DNA from: Bugula neritina
Taxonomy: Eukaryota > Animalia > Bryozoa
Length of the DNA stretch: 64,000 nucleotides
Reading direction: 5' to 3'
Assembly: GCA_964035545.1 (NCBI GenBank)
Contig: OZ037765.1
Location: forward strand, 9,806,698-9,870,697
The translations under genes were made by a program, and so were the position numbers. The first letter of the stretch is position 1, and each line of letters starts with the position of its first letter. Positions 29,301 to 41,140 of the stretch are shown here, in pieces. The notes below the pieces were generated by a model. It did no database searches. It saw only the letters and a program-made list of their open reading frames with translations, and was not told where the DNA came from.

Positions 29301-32300
29301 ATATTTTTTTGTAATTCATCAGTTAGGCTTTTAAGATTACTAACTTCTCTTTGAAGTGCTACTTTTTCAATTTCAAAGCTTGATTTTAGTGAGTGGTTGC
29401 ACAACTTTTCTTTTTCTAATTCTTCAGAATGCTGGAGTTGCTTCTGGCATAGCTCTTGTTGATGTTGGGATTTAAGAGTTGTCAGCTTATCTCGTAGAGT
29501 TTCCAGCTCTGTGAGCATTTGTTGCTCTTTTTCTGAATTTGACATTTTCAATTCATTGTTTTTCTCAGCCAGCTTAATGAGTTTTTGTTGTAAAGTTTGA
29601 TTTTCTTTTATTTTCTTTTCAACTTCTTGACAATAGGTAACTAGCTCAATTTGAAGTTGCCCCTTCTGCTGCTGTAGGTGTTGAAACTGTTCTTTTAAAG
29701 GTACTATTTCAGACGCAGTTGTATGTTCTACGCATTTCAGTTTTTCTTCTAAAACTTTATTCGAGTTTTGCAACTCATTATTTTCTTGTTTTAATTTTTC
29801 CTTCTGATGTCTAATTATTTCTAATTCCTCATTAAAGCGATCACGTGCTGCCATATGTTGAGCTATGAGTCCTTGTTTATCCTCAAACACCATTTTTATC
29901 TGTATGACAAACAATAATAAATGAATTATATATAAGACCTGTAAAATTATTAGCATTTAACCTATTACACTTGTAATGTGATATATTTATACACTGTAGG
30001 GTATTTATATCATAAATCATAATGTATTAAGTAGTATACTATATTTATATTATCTTAACCCAAAATTATTGCAACAGCTATATATAGCTAGTCAAATTCA
30101 AAAAAACCCAATCATAACTCAGTCTGTAATATGAAATTATAGATAGTAGATATTCAAATAAGTTGTAAGTTGTATCGTATTCTACCATAAAAATTGTCAA
30201 TAATTTAATTTGCAGTTAAAAGCTCAGTTGTCTCATAATTTTATTGTAACTTTACACTTTTTGTAAAAAAAAACCATTAAATTCAAGTGCATGCTACTAT
30301 TAAGCTTATGTTGCAATTAGAAAAGGCATATGAATATTAGCACACTGATGTCTGCAGCTTTTATTAAATCTACAGTGTGTTATTTGTATTTTTTCAACTG
30401 CTCAGCCAAATAACTTAAAGCAATTTTAGCAACCTAATGTTATTATATATATTAGTAAATTCAAAGTCCAAACTAGTACAAAAAAATGAACTGCTTAGTG
30501 AAAACTTTACCGTTTTCTCTGCATATAATTTTGCTTCTTTTTCTTGTTCATAAAGGAGAGTCAGTTGTTTTAACTCATTTTGCTGCTCCATAGTCTGCTG
30601 CTGAAGATCTTTGTTAATCTCTTTAATTGATGTGTTTTCATTTTCTAATTGACATTTGAGTTCTGCTGAGTCCTGTTCAATCTGATTCTTTGATGTAACC
30701 AGGTTGGAAACTAAACTTTCCAATTCACCAACTTGAGTTGACTTTGAGTTTAGCAACTCTCGCATATCAGCAATTTTCGTTTCCGATTCTTTATTCTCAA
30801 AAATCAGTTGAGAATTTTTATCTTTTATCTTTTTCACATCTTGCTCAAACTCACGGCGATTCTTTTTTGCAGCAGCTAGTTGTAGCTGTAAACATGATAC
30901 TTTTTCTTTAGAATTTTCAATCATTTGATGGCTGTTTAAAAGTTGCTTGTTCTTAGCTTGCAACTCTTTTTCTAGGTTCCAAGTTGGTCTGGAACTATCA
31001 TCAGGATTGTCATTATACTTGTTCTTTTGATAGTGGCATTGGATAGCTGTTGGACTACTGAATATGTTATTATTTATGACGTTGGCGGCCGCCTTTGGTG
31101 GCGAGTAAGTTCTTGTTAACGGCATTGATATCTTTGGTGGTGAATTTATGCTAGCTGGAGCTAAGCAATACCTGGAAAATATAATAAATAAAACAATATT
31201 TTCTGGATGAATAATTTTATTAAATATAGTAACTTATTTAGGTGCAGCAGTGAAGAAATTGAGATCGTCTATGTTCTTAAAATTTCTTTATAGTTTTTGG
31301 TTTGGGGTGCGAGTTGAAATTTTTGCGAGAACGTAACTTCTTTTGCTACATTTCTAATTTAAAAATACAGGCTTTTCTCAATTTTTCTATTACTGCACCT
31401 ACCTCTAGTAAATGGCGTGTTTTAAATATTTCAGCTTTACCTGTTTTCAATATCTCTAGATGAAAGGTTAGAGTTCATTTCAAATCCAGCATTAAGCAGC
31501 AGACTGTCTCTACCCCGAAGCTCTGAGCTAGAGATGAACTGAGTAGAAGTGTTAGGGTCATTTCTTTCTCCGCCACTGTCAAAGGGGGCACCACAAGGAT
31601 CTAATGGGTCCATATCAAAGTATTGGTCTGTACTGACTACTTGAAAAACTGGCGAGTGTTCCGCTACCTTAGCACTGCTGAGATGACTAGTGCATGTACC
31701 ATCTTGCTCTATGCCGCTACATGCTATGTACAGTTGCTCCCAGAGCTCTAAAATATTGTCATATCATGTATCAAGACTGTAGTGATGAGTTTACTTAGTG
31801 GTCCCCATAGTGTAATAGATAGCACACTTGCTTGCAAGCCAAAGGTCACGGGTTCGAATCCCAGTGGAGGCAATTATTTTTCACAGACCCACACTGCAAG
31901 ACTTGAATTTTTAAGAGTATGAATTTTAAAACTGTCATGGAACATCACAATAATATGGTGAGTGAGTGAAGGGTAAAAAGTTACCGAACAGAAAGAATAC
32001 TTTGCAATAAGATAATGATGCAACTTGAAACATATTTATACTGAAAAAAGCACTTCTTTGCTGCCTACTTAACAACTTGGTGATATGTGTACTAATTTGC
32101 AATCCTAATGAACCAATTGTAGATACAAAATAAGCTGGTTATTTTGCTGTCAGCATTTGGGTGCTGCTTGTTCAATTAGTGTAACATACTACGATTTAGG
32201 GGCTTGCATGTGTGCTATCAAAAACTTATTAACAAATTGTTCACATACCACAATTAATAAAAATTAGTATTCATGTCTCCTCATCAACCATCAATTTATC

Positions 32301-32743
32301 CTTGCATATAGGCTACTATAATGTACTATAATATATTTGTGCAACGTTAAAGATCAATGAAAGTATATATATAGTTAGCCATATAGATATAACAGTAGCA
32401 CAATAATTTAATGATAACACCATATGTAAGATAGCTGTTAGAAACAGTGAATTATTACTGTTGGTCAAATTTGCGGTACAAGTAAAAAGTAAACAAAAGT
32501 TGGAAATCGCTGTAAACATGATTATACTTACCAGTTTATTTGAGAGGATTTTTTTAAATGAAACAATACAAATAAACTATTTATTTTCAAGACCTAAATA
32601 TCATTGTAAGACTTGGAATATCTATCAGAAACTGCAACCAACAATCAAACACAAACAACAATTTGGCACATTTTTTAACTCATTGTTATATTTATATTCT
32701 TTCTGGTTTGATGAATAAAAAGTAGCTCACCTTCGTCAACCAT
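26309..32743 (-). CDS. Large coiled-coil protein (~1523 aa) with an ODF2/cenexin-like C-terminus
   Basis: Exons 32743-32731, 31747-31441, 31171-30511 and 29899-26309 have GT-AG boundaries and compatible phases (1,2,0), giving a 4572-nt open frame rich in E/K/Q/L heptads. The C-terminal KRHLEEAFRSNQSLEKYIKRLKKSFTNVFGD resembles the recalled ODF2 end KDRLEQSESTNRSMQNYVQFLKSSYANVFGD. The start codon is less certain than the exons. Confidence 0.85.
31239..31407 (+). mobile_element. ~160-bp MITE-like element in an intron of the coiled-coil gene
   Basis: Imperfect TIRs TAGGTGCAGCAGTGAAGAAATTGAGA and TCTCAATTTTTCTATTACTGCACCTA; four other copies or fragments in the window. Confidence 0.7.
31778..31881 (+). 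mobile_element. tRNA-derived SINE-like repeat, family A (intronic)
   Basis: ATAGTGTAATAGATAGCAC (A box/D arm), GCTTGCAAG, GGTTCGAATCCC (B box), then a T-run; the cloverleaf is imperfect. Confidence 0.7.
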
Positions 32744-34121
32744 CACAAAGTTCTCTGAAAGCTGCCAGATGTTGTGCTACTCCACCAGCTCTGCACCATA
32801 CTTTATTATATAACTTTGTCAAGTAACGGCTTTAGCCTCAAAATAAATATAACATGGTTTTAGACTTCAGTAAAATTTATTCATTTATAATGTTGATTGT
32901 GGCAAAATTTTCAATCTAGAAATGCTGGTAGAATTTATAAATATCAAGAATTATCTGCTATGATTTTTCCTATGATCAAATTTTATGCTTCGAATTTTCC
33001 AGGTAACCTTTACAAGCAATAATCAGTCAGGTTTGTTGGCTGTACTAACTAGTGGTATAATTATGACTTTATTACAAAAAAGTGCTATGAACAAATCTGC
33101 AGAAGTTCAATAAATAAAATTCTAACGATATCCTACAATGCTATAATATACCAAAATTTACCTGCTGTTATTTTTTTAGTTCTAAAAGCATGAAAAACTA
33201 TCAAGCCTTGAATTGACACGGCACCCTCTTCTATTTAATTTCTAAGCCCAAAAGCTTGAAAATCTAAGTTTTAAAGAAAACCTTATAATAATTTTTGCAG
33301 TACTTAGTGTAAAAAACCCACCATTGAAATTTTTTTATAAAGCTGCAAGTCACTCCCGTGAATCTTAGTTTAATTTATTATAAGCCTTATAAAAATTATT
33401 ACAATTTGAGTACTTGCTTTTAAAACTTTCTATTATTAGTAATATATGTATTCATGCAGTGGGAACTTTCATTTGTGACGCAGTATAACTGAAATTAATA
33501 ATAATTTAATTTGTTAAGGTTTAAAAATACATTCCATAGCACAAATATAAGACAACATATTTTGAATTGTTTGAAAAGCATACATGTATGTTGAAATTTT
33601 AACTTTTTTTATTTAAATTCATTCTTATGCTGAATGAAAGCCAATAGCTAAAATTTGCTATAAGAAGTCAAATTGTAAATTAAAGAAGGCAAGTTGCAAC
33701 CTACCAGTTTTTTCAGCTAAACTCCTACTTAGATAAACATGAAATTTAAATGAGAAGACAACTTTATTGCTTTACTTAAATGTAATATTGAACAAATCTT
33801 TGGAGCATTTTCCATGTTTTATTGTAATTTCTAATTTTTAAAGCTTTGAACTAATTTTCATATACATGTGTCGAATAAAACAAAAGCAGTTGAGTAGGTT
33901 TCAATACTTTCAGAAACTATGACACAGTGTAAAGATCTACTATGCACTAAAACCTGTTCACAATTTAAATTAATGTCGATAGAAAGTTATTTTCTTTTAC
34001 TTGGATCATTGAAAAATAAAAGCAGTATTTGAAGAGCAGGTTTTACAGCAGCAAATTTATGGCCTATCTTGAATTTATTTACAATTTAACTTTACGCTGC
34101 AGTGATTATTCTTAACTAATG

Positions 34122-34265
34122 TATAATATATACCATATATATAACATATAACCATATAATATACTATATACTATACCATATATATCATATATACCATAAT
34201 TATATACCATATACACCATATTTACCATATATATCATATAGCCTATATCATATATACTACATAAT
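34122..34265. repeat. Degenerate ATATACC-type low-complexity tandem repeat
   Basis: Repeated ATATACCAT / ATATCAT units. Confidence 0.7.
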
Positions 34266-34920
34266 ATATCGCATTAGCTAACTTGTATTATAAGCTTAAT
34301 CATTTAAAGTTATGCGTATATAAACATTAGCAGTTGTTGCCTCATTAGCTATGGGAACTTTAGCTGTTCTGCAGCTCTAATAATGGGCTTCGAGCAAGTT
34401 AGCCAAAATACAAGTCTATTGAAACGAACAGTTAAAATAATTTTACTATGTTTTTAAAGTTTGTATAAAAGTAGGCTTTACATAACATTCTGAAATTGTA
34501 TTAAAATAGGATATATGAAAGGGTCATTAGGTTCCATTTATTTCATGGTAGAAACTAATATGCTCATTACTCATGTGATTAGCAGGATAATAATGATAAC
34601 CAACTGGAAGATTGCATGTCTCTGGCTGTGGAACTGAAGGATGAGGCAGATAAGCTGAACATAAACTTCTAGCTTACCTCTGCTTAAAAATTGGTTTTTT
34701 ATCCTTTCAGTGAAAGATTATCATAATTAAGGCCCTGTCTAAGCCTATAATATAAATATAGATTATTATCTGTTGATAAGAGCTCAAAGTAAATTGAATG
34801 CTTGAAATTTTGCCTATTAAATTGATTAGCTAGTTTTATTACCTGCCGAGGTTTGCCTGTTACAACCTAACCGCTAAGTGAGCATGACAGCACTATGCCA
34901 GCTTGCCTTGCATGTCAAAC

Positions 34921-35087
34921 TCACGTGCGTTTATAGTCGCAATTCCTGTGAGAACCCCTGATGAAAAAGGTCTGTTTTCTATTGTGGCACAGAGGCAATT
35001 CCTGTTCTAACATCACCAAGGGCCTTTCTGGGATTCGAACCACTGACCTTGTATTTACTAAGCCAATGATTAGCCCACAGCTGCTCC
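34921..35087 (-). mobile_element. tRNA-headed SINE, family B
   Basis: Minus strand reads GGAGCAGC..., B box GGTTCGAATCCC, then GGCCCTTGGTGATGTTAG; homologous to 48817-49011 and 44268-44456. Confidence 0.65.
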
Positions 35088-36162
35088 GATTGCATGTGAA
35101 GTTTTTCCGATATGATGTATTCTGATTGATGCATATGATTGCAGCTGATCTATAGCAGGAACAACATCCGTGACTATTTGTTTCAAAAGCTAAGAAAGAA
35201 AGAAGTGAGAATGGTGACCTCACTAATTTCTAATCACTAAGCCATTTGGAGAGTCAGTTTGAATATGCTGGCATAGCAATGCTCAGTTTATACAAACTAT
35301 TACACTTTCGAAAAAAAACAGAAGCTGATGATATTCAAAACTACAAGATTAGAACCAAAAAAATTATTTCTTTCCTTCTGACTTCAGCTATAAAATATTT
35401 TGTTCATTTAAAGCTTGATTAGGAAAATAATGCTGTGTCTTGCAAAAAGTAAAAGCTATAAATTATTTCTACTAGTATATCACATTTTTTCTGTATATTT
35501 TACTCTAATCTACTTATTTAGTTATAAGTTTGGTTTAGTTTTAATCATGCAAAATACGCATTAACCGCAATCTTCTGACATTTTATTCTTAAAAAACCTT
35601 TGATTTAATATAATCTTTTTAAAACAGCTCTGCTTCCAGAACTTGTGGCCTAGTCGTAGATTTCAACTCTATCAGTCTTATTGAAAAGATTAAAAATTTA
35701 TTTACTAAAGATTATTTGCTCTACAAAAACGGTTCTCAACTGTTAACTTTAAAAACTCAATTTTCAAATTTTTACCAAAGTGCTGCAAACAGATACCAAT
35801 AGTCATGAAAACACTTGTGACACTCCATAAATAGCAAGCTAATATTTTTTATATTATATTCGTTATCTGTCTCAATGTAGCGTTATAGCCGTCAATTACG
35901 TGTGATACTTAGTCAAAAAGCCTTACCTAAATCTCAAGTTACATGACTTTTCATATCGTTCATAAAACTCTTAGTAGAAAACAATTTATTTTACAAAAAA
36001 AGTTGTAATATAAATAATCAAAAATGTCCCACATCAAAAGTTTTATCCAATAAAAGTAATGTATGCCAGTAATCCATTGTACCCAGTAATTAAAAGACAA
36101 GGAATGCATGCATCATATCAACAGTTGAAGAAAAGCTATTAGATATAAAGGGTTGTGTAAGA

Positions 36163-39100
36163 TCAGCCCCGTAAGTTTCTACATCTTCTGCTGTTTCTCG
36201 GTCTACAACCAGCTCTTCCTCTTCTACCTCTCCTACCTCTTCTTCTTCTTGGCCTCTGAACAATCACAGCAACATAAACTACTATTACTAATGCATACTG
36301 CTAGGCAAGGTTAAACAGACGTGAGCGTACTTAGAACATTGAGGGGTAAACAACTACCTATATACAATTAAAGTGCAGTAAAATCTTGACATACCCTGTT
36401 GTTTCTTCGAGTGGGTTGAGTCTCAAAAAATTGTACAAGTCTACTTCCAAGAGGCTGAACTGCTCTGAAGAAGTTAACACCGAAGCTCGTGTTTGCTTGA
36501 GTTCGAATGATTTGCATCTAAAAGAAGAGTAGCATACAATTTTGCTTCAACTGTGATGACTACTTCGATAATAGGAAAAGTCGTTGTATCCTCTAATGAT
36601 TTTTTATAAGTTTGTGAATTTTAAGTCTCACATTCTGTTAGCAAGAAATAGGCGGACATATGTTATCTTCATTATGAGAAATTTAGTTATTTAAACAAAA
36701 TTTGTTCTTCAGTCCAAGTTTAGTTCTAATGAATCGATTAGAAACTTGCATTAAGCATAGTGCTAGCAAAACTTAAACTCAGATAAAAGATAGTAAAGGA
36801 ATTTTACCTGACGAGCAGAGATGCCTATGGGTTCAGTGAATACAGTCCATAATACAATTTCTTGACATCCGGGAGTTGTCAGTCCACCAAAGTACCGATA
36901 ATAACTGCTTTTTATAGCTGATGATACAAAATCCGTAGCTCTAACCTTTACTCCAGACACTAAAAAATACAATTTATAGAATTTTTGCTGCATTTTCATG
37001 CCAAGCAACAACTTAAAAAAACAGATTTAATTTAACCAAAGTTTCATAACAGAACAACGATTTGTTTCTAACCTCTCGATGTATCTACCATACATCCTAC
37101 TTTTAGTAAACGTATTTTATAAGCATTGAAAATATAACACATGTTGGTATCTATTTTACTGCAAAGCATTTTGAGGTTACAAACAACATGAAGGTTGATA
37201 TATATTTTGTACATATGTATTTAGGGTATGCATCAGCATGCCTACACACAACACACACATTAAGGCAATCACAACACACCCAGCACACAAGCATATTAGT
37301 ATGCGTGCAAGAAAATGCAACACATTCTGCTCACCTTCAAAGTCACTATCTTGTCGTACAGCCAAGACAGCATTAATAATTGCATTTAACTGTGGATTAT
37401 CTTGTACCTGAAGCTACAATAAAAATAAATAATAACATTAACCATGATGTTCGCACAAATCACAAAATTAACAGCAAGACTTGCAAGTAAAATAATATAC
37501 CTGAAAGAAAAATCCTACAGCTGCGAGAGCATCACTGGCTCCTGAAGCAACAGCGTCTCCTATTGTTGCATATTGGGAGTCTTTATGAACGAAATGAATC
37601 TGTAAAGTATCAAAGGAGATTTACAACTAAGCTCTAAATACTACATTACATTGTAAATCAGCATACAAGTGTAGGCAACTTCACCTCCATAGGGAATGAT
37701 CTCCCATTAAGTAAATGCTCGCTGCCAATGCTATTGTCAGCTCCCCAGTGGAAATGGAACTGTACTATATCATATACTGTTCCTAGACCACCTCCTGCTG
37801 TAGACATAGACTGACCACTTTCTAGACTGAATTTCACTGCAAATATAGACATGCCACATGCACTACGATATGATTATATTTACATCAACTATTATTGATA
37901 ATCAAAATGCAAGTGATTTTTTTGAGAACCTTTTAACTCAATATTTTTTTTGAAAAATACAGTATTATCAACAAATTTAATATGCCAAACATTAGGTCAT
38001 GCAAATCGGAGTTGTGTCTTTTTATAAAAATAAGTAAAATTAGAATGGTTCTATAAACAGCTCCAAGTTGGGGTGACTGAGTACAGTAGTTTGGGTTTTT
38101 GAGTTTGAAGTTAGAGTAAAAAATATATATGTATACAGTACTTTATGGTAACTTCTAAATACTTCACATATGTTACAGTGTTGCATACAGTGCATATGCT
38201 ACAATGCTCACCAGTATAATGTTCATCCTTGACTTTCCAAGAGTTATCTCTATTCCAATTATTCAGCACCCATGGAAGAGCTCTTGTTCTCACGAAGCCA
38301 GGTCCAGCTGACAGCAGGTTGATTGGTGAGTTTCTGGTTCCTCCACATGTCGGGAAGTTGGTGCTCCATGCGTTCGGACCTGTTGAGTATTCACCAAATA
38401 AAGTTTGGAAGCATGTCTATAATAATATGAACACAATCAGCCTGTCAATATTATGGTAGCCAATAGCATACGCTTTTTTGTGAAGCAAACAGTCGTGCTA
38501 TGTATGTATAGTTGTCAACTTCCTAATATAACAGGTATCATTAAAACTAAAATGCTTATAGTACTAACCTTTTACTAAATCGCTGAGAATATAATTCCAT
38601 TCTACAACAAAAACATAAACAATTATGGAATGGACTGTAGAAAACTAGTAAGCGCTTATGATTTACAAGAAATTGTCACAAAACATATACATGCACACAA
38701 ACTCATAATAAAGTATATTTACAGTTTAATATATTAAATGTAGGAAAGGACAACTCTTGAATTATTTAAAGTCATCTCTCATTATTATATCACATTTGAA
38801 AATTTTACTAGTCTAGACTGATTTAGGCAGGTGCATACTCTATGTTTTTAAAGATCTCATGACTAAAACAATTTGGTTTTTTCTCTATGCAAGTTATTCT
38901 CAGCATACTACTATGGGAGATGATTTTAAAGCAATTACTGTAACACCTGCATACTTGTAATGTAGTATATAGGAGCATGGGCATCATGTATGACAGAGAT
39001 TGTAATTGCAAAAATTATAATTTAGATGAGCTAAATAATCAAAATAAAATTCCAGCTTCTATCATGAAGTTCATTACAATTGTTCTTTGTTAAAAGGAAA

Positions 39101-39687
39101 GAATTGTTATTTAGAATAAAATGATGTAGATAAATACATCATAATACTTGATAAACAGTAATTAGACTACCAGCTTTGCGTTCTTCAGCTACCATAGAGA
39201 GTATTTGATAATATTTTAATTAATTTAATAAATTCATACTGTAGTGTGGAGATTCACCAGTATGGCCCCCCTATAGTGTAAGCACACTAGCTTGCAAGTT
39301 AGAAGTCTGAGGTTCGATTCCCGGTGGGGGCAGTTAGTTTTTTTACGCATGCATTGCATGCATTCTTTTTATTCCAGTGTACAGGTCATGCGAAAAAGTT
39401 AATATCTATAATAAGAGCGTAAACAGTGTTAATCTAAAGATGGTTTTCATACATGCTGTTATACTACATTATTCATCAGAACAGATATTTTATATTAATA
39501 ATAAAATATATAGCTTTTTTGCAAATGTGAAAATTTAATTTCTCCAAACCGCTAACATATACAGCTTATAATTGCTGTATAGACTATAAATAGTCATAAT
39601 GATTTACCAACCTTGTGTTCCTGTAGCCGCGAAGCACACAGGGACAGCACAAGCTGCTAAAACGAAAACGAGGCTGCAAAGTTGCAT
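36163..39687 (-). CDS. Secreted alpha-carbonic anhydrase (324 aa) with Arg-rich C-terminal tail
   Basis: Nine exons 39687-39612, 38601-38569, 38379-38212, 37836-37685, 37599-37501, 37413-37335, 36959-36808, 36517-36395 and 36255-36163; all GT-AG, phases consistent, 975 nt. Signal peptide MQLCSLVFVLAACAVPVCFA. Motifs WNY, GPNAW, CGG-NSPIN, QFHFHWG (His94/96), GSEH (Glu106), EIHFVH (His119), YYRYFGGLTTPGCQEIVLWTVF (Thr199), NFFRAVQPL. Confidence 0.95.
38043..38110. mobile_element. Fragment of the 86-bp MITE family in carbonic anhydrase intron 3
   Basis: GAATGGTTCTATAAACAGCTCCAAGTTGGG matches the TIR of the element at 9369-9454. Confidence 0.55.
39240..39344 (+). mobile_element. tRNA-derived SINE-like repeat, family A, in carbonic anhydrase intron 1
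   Basis: CTATAGTGTAAGCAC, AGCTTGCAAG, B box GGTTCGATTCCC, ending in a T-run. Confidence 0.7.
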
Positions 39688-39758
39688 TCTGTATGTCCCC
39701 AGTGAGCCAATGAGAATGAGAACAGAGACCGAAGTTGTTAGCTTGGCATGTTCCCCTA

Positions 39759-39794
39759 TACTGAGCTCAGTACTAAGTTTAATACAATTATATA
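39759..39794 (-). promoter_or_regulatory. Candidate core promoter (TATA + Inr) of the carbonic anhydrase gene
   Basis: Minus-strand TATATAA at 39794-39788 and TCAGTA at 39764-39759 (A at 39762, -32 spacing), 75 nt upstream of the ATG. Confidence 0.6.
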
Positions 39795-41002
39795 GTTATT
39801 TAGCCTACTGTAAGAGAGCAATTGAAAGATTCGCATGAGTGATTTCACCTACAGCCTACACTTTACCCTGTTTGCAGTCACTTAATATTTATGGTACTTA
39901 GGCTGCGTTTAAAGTATTTTTAAATAATGTAATTTTTCATATTTTAATATTAGAACAAAAATGCACAATGTTTTTTATGGATTAACATAGCGCATGCATG
40001 CTATTTTTTACGATTTACAGCATTTATAATTAGTCAAACTTGGAATGGGCTTTCTATGTCTCTATCTTTTGTACCTCATCTTATGTACTTTAATGCAACA
40101 CCATGTGTTATCTATAACTTGTATTGATGCTGTCATTAGTTTTAGTATCAACTGTATCACACATAATAGATTCCATTAGTCTTTTGTGCTGGTGCTTCTG
40201 TTAGTATAAAGCTGATAATACGGACCTACACTAGTCTCATCACATCAGTATCAGCTTAGTGTTGTCTCATCACACCGCACCTTAGAGTCACGCTAATACC
40301 AAACTCATGCTTTTTGTTAGCAGTTGGACCAATTCTTGGATCTGTACATGTTTTATAAGATTAAATGCATTTTAGATCCTATTTTACAGAACTATGTATA
40401 GAAACACTGTTTTAGAAAATGTGAGATACTATCTCATGCAATAGATAGGGAAGTATAGTTACTGGGTATCTATGCGAATTGTATAGTTTGCTAGCAGCAT
40501 ATAGTATTTCATTATCCCCATAATGTTGTATTTTTCTTATAAACTCAGTTGTGGCAAGTAGTATTAACCCAAGTTCATAATATTATAATCGCTATGGTAA
40601 AAAGCGGGGGGGGGGGGTGGGGTGGGCTGGGGGAGACCAAATAGGTCTGAATATCCAGTGCTCTTACTATGCAACAGTAAATCACACAAAACTTTTTGAA
40701 TTTTGGAAACCCATTCTATAGGTTTTAGTCTACACCAATTTAATACTAAACATCCTGTTGTAATATCTGTGAGCTTGGTTGGTTAGTTCCTACATACAAA
40801 CTCCTTATTCTGTTTACTATACGAGACTATTAAACTAAGAAGATAAAGAACTAGCTGTATATAGTCAATGTATTATCAGCTTGACTGAGCAAAGGTTAAA
40901 CATGCATTCTGCCAGATAAAATTAAACATAATGTCCATGTTTAACTGAATGGCTAAATGTATTAATATACTAAGCTAACCATTTGCTAGCAGAAAAGTTT
41001 TA

Positions 41003-41140
41003 ATTGCTCAAGTTCTTTGATTTTCTGAATAGATTTTGGTTGGGGTGAGGGTTGAAGTTCTTGTGAAAGCATACCTTCTTTTGCTACATATCTAATTTAC
41101 ATCACAGGTTTTTCTCAATTTTTACATTGCTGCACCCAAC
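41003..41140 (+). mobile_element. Copy of the ~160-bp inverted-repeat family
   Basis: Aligns by eye with 31260-31400 (TTGGGGTGAGGGTTGAAG...CTTCTTTTGCTACATATCTAATTT...TTTTCTCAATTTTT...CTGCACC). Confidence 0.65.

Noticed and set aside
29900-29956. ORF-track start MLIILQVLYIIHLLLFVIQ as a signal peptide of the 1215-aa ORF
   Set aside because: This is intronic sequence upstream of the CAG acceptor at 29901-29900; the frame continues from exon 31171-30511.
31800-31872. Functional tRNA gene
   Set aside because: Acceptor and anticodon stems are mispaired, and multiple diverged dispersed copies indicate a SINE or pseudo-tRNA.
40606-40634. Poly-G/poly-C tracts (also ~7967, 42110, 48539, 60347) as regulatory G4 elements
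   Set aside because: Short homopolymers with no other support; likely slippage or TE remnants.
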